The notes under the pieces: generated by a model | What the model saw: only the letters and a program-made list of their open reading frames with translations | The model's database searches: none | What the model was told of the DNA's origin: nothing | Translations under genes and position numbers: made by a program | NCBI GenBank assembly: GCA_050084515.1 | Contig: CM114271.1 | Span: 46,190,001 to 46,254,000, forward strand | Direction of reading: 5' to 3' | From: Blasia pusilla | Lineage: Eukaryota | DNA length: 64,000 bases | Shown: piece by piece, positions 38,701 to 53,057 of the stretch | Position numbering within the stretch: position 1 is the stretch's first letter | How the letters are laid out: the number at the start of each line of letters is the position of its first letter

Positions 38701-41163
38701 AACGTGAAACAAACGTCCAAACACCTTGATGAGGTTGAAGATTAAACAGAGCACAAAACAAGGAGTCAGCTGTGATGAGTTTGTGTGTGCCTTCGATCGT
38801 TTTCACGTGATCACAGATAGCGTCATAGTCTCTCCCTCGAGCTTTCATCCGGATAGAATCCGAATTAGCTGCCTACGCGTGCATGCGCTTTCCCATCGCT
38901 CTCAAGCGTGTACGTCTGCCTTCTCATGGGGGAGTGCACGGATACTCGTGTCCCACATCGTCGCAGCCATGCTACAGCCCGCACTCCTATGCAACAATGT
39001 CGGGCGAGTTCAGTCCACGATCCGCCATCATCGTCACAAAGTTCACTCGCGGGTTAAACTCTTCGGGAAACCTCCAGTCCGATTTGACACCCGAAGTAAT
39101 CCGTGCGCGAAACACCTCCTCCGATTCCCCTTCAACGCACACACCGAGCAAGACTACGTACACCGTGAAGCTCGCTGGAAATCCCGATGGATAATATCTC
39201 AATCGCATCGACCATAGCCTCATCGCCCGACGGATCCGCCAAATCGAAACCCTCCACTTTCTCGTAGTGCTCACGATCACCAGATTAATTCTTTCACGTC
39301 ACTATTTATTACCCCATCCAGACACACGCGCACTCGCACTCTCTGTATGCTCTGCCCCGAGTCCACCAAACTTCCCTTTTTGGCTACAAGAACATTTCAA
39401 AACCTGGAGTTGTCTCGTGCCTTGTTGGCTGGCTGGCTAGGATAGGGTAATAAGCCAAGGCAACCCGAGAAGCTAAGACTTGGCCGAGCTTAGGCTGCTA
39501 GCTTTAGGGCCAAGTCATGACTCAAGAGATCTTGGAGGGGAGGTTTTGTTTCTATGCGTGCTTTGAGCCTTTGGCGACAGGAAAAGTCAACACCACGTCC
39601 AAGTGGGCCCTTCACTTTTCTCTGGATGGCTCCCTGAGTCCCTTCCATAGCCGCCCGCACTCGAGTACAGTAGGGCGTCTCAGAAATGTGTCATAGGGTC
39701 GGACGTACGAAGCCATAACTCTGTATATGGTCAAATTCCGTGCTCGGGTGCGGGCTACTGTTGTTGGAGGTGGACGCCGGACGTCCAAAACATATTCATG
39801 TGTATTTAAGCCGGAGGCCTTCAAACCTACGGAATCTCTCAATATAAATGGAAACCGTCTCTGTTTTATGGTCAAGAGCTTGAAGGACGTCTAAAATTTT
39901 ACGGCCTCCGAGTGAGGCGCCCTAGTAGACGCGCGTCGCTCCGCCACTACCCGATTACCTGTCCGTCTGTCTGTCTGTCACTCACTCACTCGCTCGCTCA
40001 TGAGAGTGCGCTTGGCCGATCTCCCACACCATTTCGCTGTTCCACTTTGACTTTGGTCATGAATGGATCCCTTCCCTGTGCCAAATACAGCTCTCAGAGT
40101 TTTAGCTCATGCAACGAACACAACGTGCGTCACTGCTGATCATAGCGACGGCCACTGACTGCCCGCTCGGACTCGCAGGGCTCGGGCAGTAGTCCTTTCA
40201 CTCCTTTCAGAGGGTGACCGGGAAGTTTGACAATGAGCGACGCCGGTCTAAGAATCAGCGAATCCCAGTGGGTAAGTTCGGGAAGAATCGCTTCTGTTAG
40301 AGTCGGGTAATTTACTGAGTTACCGGTGATGCATCTGCAAATTTGAATTCTGCCGGCGGTAGCTGAGCCCTGGTCTTGAGAGCCTCGTAACTTTGCCGAC
40401 GGGTTTACTGTAATGCCTAAATCTATATTGTTATGGGAGATAAATAACCATCTACATTAATAGTTAGCCCGTGCGCTCGATATTTAATGTTTTTTATTAT
40501 GTTTCTTTAATTCAACTTCCTTTCTAAACATGACACCGTAGGAGTTCTCATAGGAAAAATGTCAACACTTTTTTAATTATATAGATTAGATGTTAATAAA
40601 ATTGTCGACACATCTACAATCTATATTACCAGTTAATGCCCAGATGGACGGTGCCACGGTCTTGTGTATACGCCCCCTCCCATGCGTGATATCTTTGTGA
40701 ATACCCGTTCCGTGCTTATACATAAGGTTCATATGGATATATGTGTGTTCTGCATGTGTTGCCATGTTAAAACACTCCGCAAATTATAGCGTAGATTAAG
40801 GGAGAGTGTCTTCTTGATTTGCAAACACCTCTCTGTTTGACATGTAGCAACCAAACAACCCCAAAAAATTCTGGCCGCAAGAAAATGTTTCCCATTCTAT
40901 GGGCAATAAAAAAGATTTGTGCCAACAAGATTAGTCCTTTCACTCAGGTGCACGGCACGGGCTACCCACTAATTAATTTTATTGGAGAGTGCCTTTTGAT
41001 TTTGCAAATGTCTTTCCTCTTTATATTTGGCACTTTCCACCAATAAGATCTTTTTAATGAAATTGAATCATTCAATTTTAATTTAAAATGATATATAAAA
41101 ATTTTGAAACTTGATTACCAGAGGGTATTTTGCTCGCACAGGCTTGCACTAGTTAGAAATTTA

Positions 41164-44100
41164 CTAGTAAGAATGCCCAACCGATGCACCGGCATTTAGC
41201 ATACAAATAATTTAATAAACAGTTAATAACATTATGTTTTCAATTAGTGAAACATTACCAACTCTAAAACATTTCCAGTCCCGTTTGCTTGTCCCTTTGC
41301 TCCATTCATATTCCATAATAGCATTATCAGAGCTCCAATCTTCACAGTCAAACAATGAGATGGAAATCCAGATCGTAAACATATGTTCAAGCATTATGTT
41401 GGATAAACAAGCCTCATCTTATCATCAGAAACAACACTCCATAAAGTATGCTCCTATAAAAACATATTAAATCATTAATAATAAGATAGAATTAAGATGA
41501 TAGTAAAAAAAATAGCAATACGGTAATGAAAATATCTTCATGATATTCAAGAACATAAATATTTCCTCTTTTGGAAATCGAGACATGATTTCCGCAATTA
41601 AAGTATCCACAATAGTATTCTTTGTCGACAAAATCGAGGTACCTCTCAAGAAATCAATGTCAATCTACTTATCAACATTATGTCCATGAACAATATTGTC
41701 AATGAGATCATTGATCCTTGTAGTCTTAACAATTATCGCATTCAGAACTTGCATAAAATCCTCTTCAAGGTCCAAATATAATGGTATAAAATCCTCTCCA
41801 ATGTCTAATGACCACATTGCAAAGGATTCTTGCTCTTCTCGTGCATATCTTTTAAAAAAATTTGAAGATGAAGGAAGGAATTAGTACATATTTAAAAGAA
41901 ATACATCAACACATGATATGAAAAAGGCGAAACATTAGGTTTATTCTTTTATACCTTGTAAAGTATTAACTATCATATTGGTAGTTAATTTCAATATTCT
42001 CACATCAAACCAAATAAGAGATCTCCCAAGTATTGCACGCACAAATGTGGAACAATCTCCATGACGAAGAACCGTGAGAAAATGTTGAATGTCATCATAA
42101 AAAGAAAACTATCTTCCTCCCAAAAGGTAAGTCTCATTGTCGAGGATCCATCAAACCCATGATATCTTAGAAAGTACGATTAACAGCCTCAAACGCATGA
42201 CGATGGGTCATATGAGCTTCTTCCCGCACGATTAACTTTGCCTTTTGTATAAGTCGTGCCATATGACTTTTGACCAATAAGCTAGAAAATAGATAATAAA
42301 ATTATATGTGAGGGATATTTGTGAATGATAAATCTAAGAAAATAATAATGATATATATGCTATAAAGCATAAAGTAATTGAAAAAATCATAAATATATAA
42401 TTATTTGCAAGCGGCGATTTCATGAACTTGGATAGGGATCTTGAATCCTGAATGAGTAGTACGTCCTCCATCTAATGGTAAAGCAACAATCCTCAAAGAT
42501 GCAATAACAAGAGCTCTATGCCCCTGGCTCTATACCATTGCAAGAAGAAGGTTGTACGAAAAGGTTTGTCCCGTGCTGCCAGGACTATCGATAAAGACAA
42601 ATTTTGCCTAAAAATCCATATTTTTAGCTACAAAAGGTCATTTAAAAGGAATAAAAATTGAGTAAATTATTATTTATTAATATATTCTACATTGTATTCA
42701 GTTACAAAAGGTGGCACGTCCTGTAAGATATCTTCAAAAGCATTACCAAAAACATCCCAAATGCCTCGTTGTCCATCATTTAAAGAAAATCTATCTTGCT
42801 CTCACACGTTCACGAAGCATATTATGGTCGTAGGAGAGCTCTTTTTCATACGCAAAAAAAGATAAATCACGAGCTGGGAAATGTGGTTGAGGCATGTCGA
42901 GGAAGTCTGCCAAACCATGATCGTGAAGATGGTAATGGACCTCCAATAACGCAAGATTAATAAAGTGAATATCCAATAGAAGGTTAAAAATTCCAAGTCT
43001 CCGTCACAAAGAACAAATAAAGAAGTTAAAATAAAAATAAAGTACATAACAAATAAATCATAAGAGAAATAAAAAAATTTGACTTAACAAAAGGTATGCA
43101 TACTACCTCACGCATTTGATGTAGGGTATTTTTTGTTAGTGAAACTTAAGAAATGTTCCCACACCATAGTTGGAAGAGAAGGTATGTTATATAGAAGAAT
43201 GATTGCACCAAATAGATGTAATGAAGAACAAGTGTGAATGACAACCGCCTCTTCAAAGCAAGAAAATATCCCTCTATCATCCCCCAGAAGTCCCATATGA
43301 ATAGCAATTTCTACGAAGGTAAGATAAACTATACCATCAGTAGTTCTCAAATCTTGATATGATTGAGCTCCTCTCATATGATGGAGAAGTGACGCTCCCC
43401 TTCATCTAGGATTAGCAAAAATACAAGTATTAGGAAGAAAACACGAACAAGTTTATAATATTAAATTAATTTTATACCTTAATAATTTTATCTTAACATA
43501 GAATAGAAACTTTACTTGGGTTTCTTGTATAGAGATGTCCGATGGGATATCCACATCCTTTTCATGCATGTTTACGTAGATGCCATAACTTCTTGTTCCA
43601 AGAGTAGTGAGAAGAGAACTCCAAATAAAGATGTTTTCGTCCCGTTGAATCATAAATATTTGTTGCTAACCATTGAGTGAGAGTGGTCTCCTGAGTTGGC
43701 TCCAAAATATTACCCGATGAATCTTGTCAATGAACATATATCATATGGTTATGTGGAAGATGAAAAATCTATCTCACAATACTTGGTTGCTCCGCATGTA
43801 GACTAAACTTGAAGTTTCACCAACATGCTTCTGAAAAAGAAATTTACCTTAATACTAGATAATAATATAAATATTATTAGAGTGAAAAATTATATCACAT
43901 GAAAAAATACTAATATTTTCTAAAATAAGATCAAAATACCTTGCATCAAGATATATTGATGTCTCATCAATAGTATCCTCTCCTGATGTACTATTTGCCA
44001 AGGTATATGATATGGCACCGGGTCCCTTTTACACATACTTATAAAAGTACTTTATTTCCAAGATGATAATTGTTATCTCCAAATTGATATGAAAATCAAA

Positions 44101-44900
44101 TAAATCACATAAGATTAGATTTTATGGAACCATCCACCGATTATCGAAGTCATTATTTGACTTATTAATCAATCTGCCATTATCTCACCTACATAATCAC
44201 ATGTAGAAGCGTGTTAGTAGTTGGAGACAATATGTAGCACACTAATAGAAAACTAATAAATGAAGAAATAAACAACAAAACCAACAAATTACCTCTTATA
44301 AATAGTATATATATACTATTTATGAGAGGATACTAGTTATCCTCATTCTCCATTTTTATTGATACAAAATGCATTGGGTAGCCTTTTGAACATATTTTCG
44401 TTGTTTAATTTGTGCCAGATGCATTTGGATGTACTACTCCATATGGACCATGAATCATACAATTTCTAAGAGTATAATGTAGCCTAGAATAAGTGATGGG
44501 ATTTGGAATCTCAAAAGATGTAATATTGTCAAAATCAGAGATTGTGCTTGGCTTACATTCTAATCCAAGAACAATCAAGATATGCATGTGTAGTAGACCT
44601 CTCTTTTGGAACTCAACTACATGAATACATCTTACCACTCAACCTAAAATATGCTTATTGAATATAAATCTTAACAACTCCTTCTTTTTTTGGAAAACAC
44701 GCATAACCATGTCAGGGCGATCAGATGTTGTTTGCCTTGGAAGTAGAGCATAAGTAATCTCTGGCCATTTAGGGTTGCAAATCATAGTCAAAAAGTAGTC
44801 AAGATTCCCAAAATGTCTCACAAGGGCCATAGAATCATCATACAATTGATGCACATGATGGGGTCTTCCTATGAAAGATGAAGGTAAGATAATTCGTCCC
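41164..44900 (-). mobile_element. Decayed Helitron (RepHel) with apparent introns
   Basis: Rep motifs FLTMICNPKWPEI, DRPDMV, VEFQKRGLLHMHIL, MIHGP; RGAQSYQDLRT; PIF1-like FIDSPGSTGQTF at ~42570-42600 and EEAHMTHRHAFEAV at ~42190-42225; hairpin and CTAG|T 3' end at 41164-41195. Confidence 0.9.
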
Positions 44901-47900
44901 CCCTATGCCTTGACCGTTAATATCATGCTTATGGATGTGAGTACTATTGGTAGTATTTTGAGTTTTGAAATGGCTTTTATTACAATGAAATTTGTAGTTG
45001 AGAAACATGATTTGAATGTTTCAAAAGTCTTTGAAAAAAAGGTTATAATCTCTTACCTAACTTTGGTCCTCTTGGTGGATATTTGAAACACCTGCAACTT
45101 GAGATAAGGGGTTGAAGGTACCATAGCATTGAGATGTTGATGGGTCGGACTGGAAGGAATTAACATGCTCCTATCATCTTCCAAAAGAACGCTATTGAGA
45201 GTATATGTCTCCCTTTACAAGATTGATTTAGGGATAATAGTTTCATTGTTGCGATGAGGATCATGAATACTATACAAATGCCTTCAAGGCTAGTAGTTTG
45301 GAACAGTTTGGGTTGCAAGGATATTAATGACTTATGTGCATATTTTAGAAAGGAATTACTGTTGAGTGATCATTTCCAATCTTCTCTTATGAATTCAAGA
45401 GTTTCAATCATTCAAGCTAATGGCCAAAATGGAGTGGCAAGATCAAAACTTATGGGAAGTTCCACCAAAAACATTTTGGGTTATGTTGAAATAACCCCTA
45501 ATAAATGAGGAAAGGGTTGGTAAAATATTAATATCAAGGTTTTTTTCAAATTATTTTATTATTAAAAAGGATTTGCAAATAAAAGTGCTAAAGCTACAAC
45601 TATTGGAGGAACGGAAAGGATCCTTGGCTCTCAATTGGTGAGAGGGTGGGCTAGCTAAGTTTAATTCCTATTAAGGATGTGAGTATGGGAATGAGCAAAG
45701 GGGTGGGGGAGGAAGATGTCAAATTAGGTGATCCTTGGCTACCAAGTAGTTGGAGGCTTGGCAAGGCATTAGGGAAAGCTCAACTTGTTTCCATTGGCCT
45801 ATGAATCTAACCGTTTGAAAATATTTCTAGCTTGCTTTAGACTACCATAAGTAATTTAGGAAAAAAAAGTTGAAGTGAGTGAAGACTCTAGAGGGTTCAC
45901 TCCCTTCATATCCCTTGAAATGTGTCGTGTAAAAATTTAAAATTCCGAAAATCATTGGAAATTGAAATTCCAAAAAGTACCAACTATTTCAAAAGCCCTT
46001 TTTTTTGGATAGGTTAAAAATTCCCAAATTAGACCCGGTAAAATTCTTCCCAATAAGTTACTAGTTTTATATATATAAACCTTGGTCTGAATATGCCTTT
46101 ATAGTCTCCTTGAAGGCAAGAGTCATTGTTTGGTTCGTTTGTATAAAGATGATAATCCCTTGCTTTGTTCTAAACTCCAGATTTATTCCAAATTTTTGTC
46201 TCTTTGCTCTTGATGCATTATTAGCTAAGTGACCCTTCATCCAAGTAATTGCTATGATCCAATCAAGGATTTAGGGTTTTAGTTCTATTAATCTACCAAT
46301 TACTGCATGTGCTCTGCACACATGAAAGAGAGCCCAAGGAGACAAAATTCCCGAGTTTCAGAGAAGCTTATGTGCTTTGGCTTAGAAAGAGAGACATATG
46401 TCAATTGCCTACAAATCAAAAAGGACAAATTTCATAAAGAGAGATGGCACCTCTATAAGGGCAGTCTCCCATAATAATGTAGATTCTAGTAGGTACATGT
46501 GTAGACTTCAAATTCCCAAGTATAAGATGAAGAGCATTGTTGAATAGTATTGTCAACATAAAAGCTATGTTGGAGTCTATAACTAAATAAGTGGGCACTT
46601 GCAAGAAAAAAATTGGAAATTAGTTTGTTAGTCCACTCTATCTATATGAGCAAGCAATCGATATGCTAGGAAACATGAACGTCTTGTAGCTAATGTTAAG
46701 TTTTCCAAAACCAAATGATATCATAATGTGATACAATCTATGGGCAATGTAAATGATTGATAGTATACTAAGACAAAACACTGATGTGATTCTACATAGA
46801 TCTCACTACGCATCCTAAAATACATTTCCTCTTATAGTAGACTTCCACAACCTAGGTCTAGAGATGATATCAAATCTTTGCCCTTGCACTCCTAAAATGA
46901 TTTTAATCTTGCATGTTATATCAAGTCTTGTTTTTCAAGAAGAGCATTTACTTTGACCTTCGGAAAAATATCATAGATGATTGCATGTAAATGGAGTAAA
47001 GGTGGAGTTCTAGAGTGCAATACCCTATGATGGCAACATCACATTCAATGGGACTACACTTGAAGTGGATCACTGGAGAGCTTTCTTATAACTGGTAGAT
47101 TGATTATCTTATGGAGATTGCGTAAGTAAGAAAATAATATGCATGATTTTATTGGGGAAGAGCATGGTAGATTTCACAAAGTTCATCTCCCTCTAAGGTA
47201 TGATAAACTTAAACTAACTACAATCAAAATATCAAATAAGAGTTTTCTCATATTGATTTTTTTACCCTACTATTTGTGGGATTTGAGAGAAATTTATTCC
47301 CTTAAACACATGATAAGGAAATTTATGAAAATCTCATAAGTTTTGTTATACTTCATTTCATAGTGTAATATTTTTTGAGAAATCTAAGACGTTCTCTTTA
47401 TAGATAAAAATGTTCTCATCAAATCCCATATGAGGAATCAAAATGCTAACCAGAATCGAAATAGTCTACAAAATGAGTTCCTCTTTCCAATAAATAGGAC
47501 AACTCAACCATATTTCCTAGTAACCAAAACTACAATGCTTTGAAGAGTAATGGATTAATAGCTTGGACCACTACGTCAATGGATTTGGACTTCATATTCA
47601 TCTCAGAACATAGCCTCAACATTGGCAAGGATAAATTCTTTTTTGGATTTTTATGCCTATTGTTGAGGTAGGTGTGGAAATCAAAGAGGGTTGAATGGAG
47701 GGCATTGATTATACACTCTCATTTTTTGAACTATCAATGGTGAACACACAAGTTTTTGAGCTCGTTTATTTATTAGAACTGCTTGACTTGTGTATTAGAA
47801 ATGAACCACAAATTTTTTTCCTATAGAGATAAGTCAAGAGTTATATTTTCTCATAAGGCTTGCTCTCTAATCTATAGCATCCACTTAAAGGGTGTTATAC

Positions 47901-48499
47901 TTGAAGTTGCAATAGGATTAAAAAATATTTCTATATTCCAAGGAGGACCTACACTATTTGAATAACAAATCCTCATTTGTCTCCATTTGTTCTTGTATGT
48001 CTTATATTCTTGGAAAAAATGATGTGGAGTTTTCCAGTTTTCTTCTTGTATTCTTTTTTTAATTTATTTTTTTCACTAAAATTTCCATGTTGTTTTTTCA
48101 CAGCTACGATTTTCCCAATGTAATCATCCATAACTTCAACTTTCAGTCCTAAGAATATCATCATGAAAAATTATTCTTTTCAGATTGAGATTTCTTCCTC
48201 CTCCATCATATTGAAAAAAAGTCTCATTGAATAAATATTTTCACTTTATAACTATGTTATGAGTACATAATGTATTAAGCCATAACACATGTTTATTAAA
48301 ATGTCATAAAAAATTCATTAGAAATTTTATTACTTTTACAATCCTCTTATTTCATCAAAAAAATTATGTAACAAAAGAATATTGACCTTGAAAAATAGAA
48401 AATGAGGTGATATACGAGCCAAAGTCAATTTATTAGAACCAAAAAAAAATTCCTTACAAATATTTATGGATTCTCTTATGATCAACATGATTATTATGA

Positions 48500-51400
48500 T
48501 CTATGCATAGATACATCCTTGAAAAGGGTGGCTTGAGGGGCTCAGGTATGAGTGGTTGACTACATTAAGTCTCAATCTATAGAACATCTGAATCCACTTT
48601 ATTATAAAATAAACCTCAAAAGAGGACAAAGAAAGGTAATAACAACTCAAAAGAGGAGTAAAAAAATGCATAAAAGAATGCAAAAAGAAAATGGCAACAA
48701 GCCCACGTAAACACCGGCTCAACGAGCAACACGATTGATTTCCTGAAACAAATCTGACAAGAACACGAGTGGTTGGTCAGACGTGAATGGATGACGAGGC
48801 AAGCGACCTCCCACCACCTCCGCACGATGTATTAATGCCAAGGCTTGTGCACGTTGTAAGGCCAGTGAGATGCATTGCCTAAAATAAGTAGTAACAATCG
48901 AGAGAGAAAGACTACGGGAAGGGGCAAGGTGATGATTCTCGAGGGAGTGGTGAGCACATGTTTTCAGGAAAGTATCAAAAGACACATGTAAATGACCGAA
49001 TACTTCCACTGCAAATGGAACAAATCCGTCAGTTGCATGTCTCAAAGCATAACTTAACTCCTTGATTCTTGCCGCCAAACCTTTGGTATGTGCTGCTTTA
49101 CACACCAAGTCAGAACGTGTTGGATCAGCAACCACCACATCACCTAGTGTCCAGAATCCACCTCGAGACATAACAAGATTCACTCTCGGACGAGAGGTTG
49201 CTTGTGTGGTTGAAGGTAGGACATGGAGTTGCTCTTGCCCAACGGTGTATCCTGCCGTACGAGCCACCGATGCTATCGCCTCTCTAATGACATCATGTGT
49301 GGCCGTTCGTTCTCCACCATGTGCACATCGGAGAATATGGATACCTTGGCATCAATGGGATCCCCGCATACACAATTTGGCACAGCTAAGAGAGAAGGAT
49401 GGGGAAGTCCAAGACGTAACCACAAAGCTATCGAGAATATACTTCCAGGAAGACGAAATGGAAGAATAAGAGGATTTGCAGTAAGCCACGCCCCCGCTCC
49501 GGTACCCGCACATGAACGTAGACGAGCTCGATTAGCGTCGGAGGATGCCTCTGAGAGAATGTTGGAAAAGTTGATTTGATGCAGATTCTTGGAGATATGC
49601 TCTTGAAGTCGATCGAGCCCTTCTGTAATTAGTTGACTGAAAGGGGGTAGAATTGCTTGTGTAGCAAGAGGAAGAAGAGCTCGTGCGGATCTCAGTTGTT
49701 GTTGAAATAACAAGTCCCCCTCCTCGACATGGGCGATATGATCCATCAAGATAGGTGTATCTCCTTGGAGAAACCTTGAAGCCATAATCGGTGCTACCAA
49801 TGCCCAACTCCCCAAAAAGGCTGCGGGAGCAGATGTGACTGTGGAGGATAGTCCCACCCCTCCAAAAGAAATAGGCAAGATAGCTTGTTGTGGAGCAAAG
49901 ACACCATCCTCTCCCTCAAAGGTATTCGGGCCAAGAATTTGACCAAAAGTTGCCAAGGTAGAAGCATCAAAAGAGGCCAGCCGATGTAAGAAGCTTGAAG
50001 TGGGAGGACAAGTGCGAAGAAGGTAGGAAGGACGTCGAAGAAAACATTGGGAGAGAATCCCATAAGCCACTTGGGGATCCCCAAGATGAGGTAATAAATG
50101 AAGCCATTCCACGTCTTTCAAAAGGGCCTCATCCAAGAACTTTGAGACATAGTCGATGAAGCCAATTGGGACCCCAAGAACTCTAACCCCTTCAATGTAA
50201 ATGGGAAAATCAGGAGTAGGTAGGGTGAATGTTGAGGGAAGGCATGAAGGAGACCATACTCCACATTTACTAGGTTGGACTTTAAGGTTTAAGAAAGAGA
50301 GTTGCTCCACGAAATGGGTATAAGCAAGAACCACTTCTGAAGGAGGACCTAAAATGTGAGTGTCATCAGCAATAGAAGGGAAAAGAAAAGATGGAAATGC
50401 TTGCGCTGATGCTCGAAGGGCATGAAAATGGGCAATGGCAAAGAGTGGGCCCCCCATGGGATCATCTTGACGTGTGCCACAAGCCGATTGTAGAATACTA
50501 TATTCCCCAGAAGTAGCATGATGGGAATAGATAATGGGCGTATCATATGCATAGAAGGAGCAAACAAATGGAATGAGGCTCGCGAGTTGTCCTCATGCAC
50601 AATGTAATTCCTCAAAGATGGACGCACGAGAAACTGAATTGAATGCGTTAGCCACATCGACTTGAATTGCTACCCAATCTGGATGAATATCAAGAGTGGA
50701 GCGAATCCCATGCACCATAGCCTCACAACCTCTAGGAGTTGCTACTCCAAATTGATGAGGAAATAAGTGGGCACTAAAGTGAGGACGAAATTGCAAGCAT
50801 AGGGATCGACTGACCAAGCGGTATAAAGCCTCTCCAATAGCCAAAGGGCGCACACCTGAAGGAGGTTTATCCATAGCCAACAAACGACAAGCCCCTAAGA
50901 GCTTAGAGATAGAGAATGGGAGACGACCTGCCGCCATATGTGCACACACCTTATATAGAGAGACAAAGCCACTTGTTGAATCTGCTGGGATAAAGTAATC
51001 GCTGATAAGCGAGGAGTATGCAAAAAATCCCTTGTGAAAACCTCCAAGTCAAGCTCCAAGTCAAGGTCTGTTGTATAGTCTTCCACAAAAGATGGAGCAT
51101 CGCCACTTGAAGGAGGATAAAGAGCTTCTAAGAGAGCCACTGTTTCCGCACTTGGAACCGCCGGAGAAAGAGGACCCAATGCTCGATTTGCACGTGAAAA
51201 CTCACCAACTTGCCCCAATAGTAGACTTCGTCGAAGGCTTTGTTGTATTGAAGGCCTCCCATGATTGGCATGTTGAGTGGGATGAGCTGCAGCTAAGGCC
51301 TCAACTCGAAGTACATGCTCATTCTGAAGATTCTCCCAATCCCCTGACATAAAGCGTTTAATACGTGTGGAGGTTTCACGACGACCCGTTGCACCCCCCC

Positions 51401-52740
51401 TTGGAGGGAGGACTAAAACCCATTGTGGAAAGAGTAATAGGAGATACCATGTATTTATATCTGTGGGGTCACGCGCTAACCTTTCTAATGGGAATAGCAA
51501 AGCTTGTTGGGTGATGGGGCGAAGAGCAATAGGAATGCGAGTGTAGAGTCTAGGACGAGGAAGACATGGATGGAAAGAGCGAAGGAGATCAATTTGGCTT
51601 AACCAGGTCCAAGCAATTGTTGTGGGGAGTGCAGTAGGAGTTGGTATCGGGTTAGGGATTGAAGGCCCATGCATGGATCGACAGTACCGCTGGTGTCTTT
51701 TGATCCCATTAGGAGCAAAGTCCTTACCACAAGGTATGCAACGAACCTTTGGTACAAGTGGAGAAGTAGAAGGGTTACAAGGAGAGGAGGTGGGAGGTGC
51801 AAGAGGTGGTGATGGCCGACAATGAGGGGGTATAAATAGGTTGGGGAAGGAGGAGGAGGAAGAGGGGAGATTCGGGTAGAATAGATGGGAGTTGGAAGCA
51901 AGGGCATCGATGAGATATGTGGGGATGGCAAAGTAGAAGGATTCGGTTATAATGGATCAGGATTAGGCTCAAGGCGAAGAAGGGAGAAGAGGAGAATCCG
52001 GAAGAAATGTAGTGAGTGTAATGGGTGTATTAGCATCTGGAGGAAAATGGCGAGATCGACGATGAGGAGGTGAACCAGGGGGAGAGGTTACGGTTGTAGG
52101 AGGGCGTATTAAACTAGATAAGCGAGTAGATGGATAATCCATCTCTGATGACATAGAAGTAAAGGTAGGCAAGTCTCCGAAGACAAGAAAAGACATACGA
52201 AACGTGGTTTGGAGAAAGCATGAGGATAAAGAACAAAGCAAAAGTAGTGGAGAGATGAAGATTAGGCAATACCGAATTTATGATTGAAAGTTACTATAAG
52301 AAAAATATAAAAAGTAATTGAAAAGGAAAAGTGATGGATATGGTATCGAAAGAGGTGGCTCAAGAATATGAATTTCTAATGTCCTAAACATATGTAGGGA
52401 CGAAACAATAAGGTAAGGAGTTGAAAGAGCAAGGAAGACTTTTGGGAGGAATTGACCTAAAACAAACCCGTACACAAAAATAGGCGCCTACAAAGAAGGA
52501 AGAAAAACTAGAAAACCTACTTGATATCAAAAGAATGAGCTCGTCAAGACGATCGAAACAGGGCCAAATACGCCCAAAACCGACATTCGAGAAGAAAGTT
52601 ATGAAAGAAATTGGAAACACCGAAAAAGAGGATGTGGGGAGTAAGTGAGCCACCCACCAATGACCGCTATGAGGGAATGAGTTCGTAATGTTGGGCCCAG
52701 CCCGTATGAAAAGATCCAAAAAAGCAAGAGGAATCCCTTA
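48500..52740 (-). mobile_element. CRE-like non-LTR retrotransposon with zinc finger, RT and restriction-like endonuclease (frameshifted); outer boundaries approximate
   Basis: CIPCGKDFAPNGIKRHQRYC at ~51683-51742; GVRPLAIGE, HQFGV, DVANAFNS, QDDPMG, IADD; C-terminal CVCG..H..C knuckle; DVVVADP..FVPFAVEVFG in ORF 48719-49267. Confidence 0.85.
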
Positions 52741-53057
52741 AACCGATGTGTCACGTCTTTTAGGATAGATCGATGGGATCTAATAGAGCGCCTTCATGAG
52801 TAGTGGAGGACACGCCCAGTAGGTCAAGGGTGACCTGCTGAGGCCCTTGGAAACCTGAGATGGCAGGTTTTCCCTTCGTTTCGGTTCATTTGGAGCCATA
52901 TTGAGGAACTTACTATTTTAGGTAAGTACCATTTTGAGTATATGATCGACTTACTATTTTTGGTAAGTGGCCTTTGACCTCCTACATCAGGTCAAGAGCC
53001 AAGGAGGTGACTTGGGAGAATAGGTTACCATGGAGAGAGCTTGGGAGAGGAGAGGGG

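Noticed and set aside
45200-48480. Short ORFs in an AT-rich stretch
   Set aside because: No recognisable motifs; probably very old TE debris
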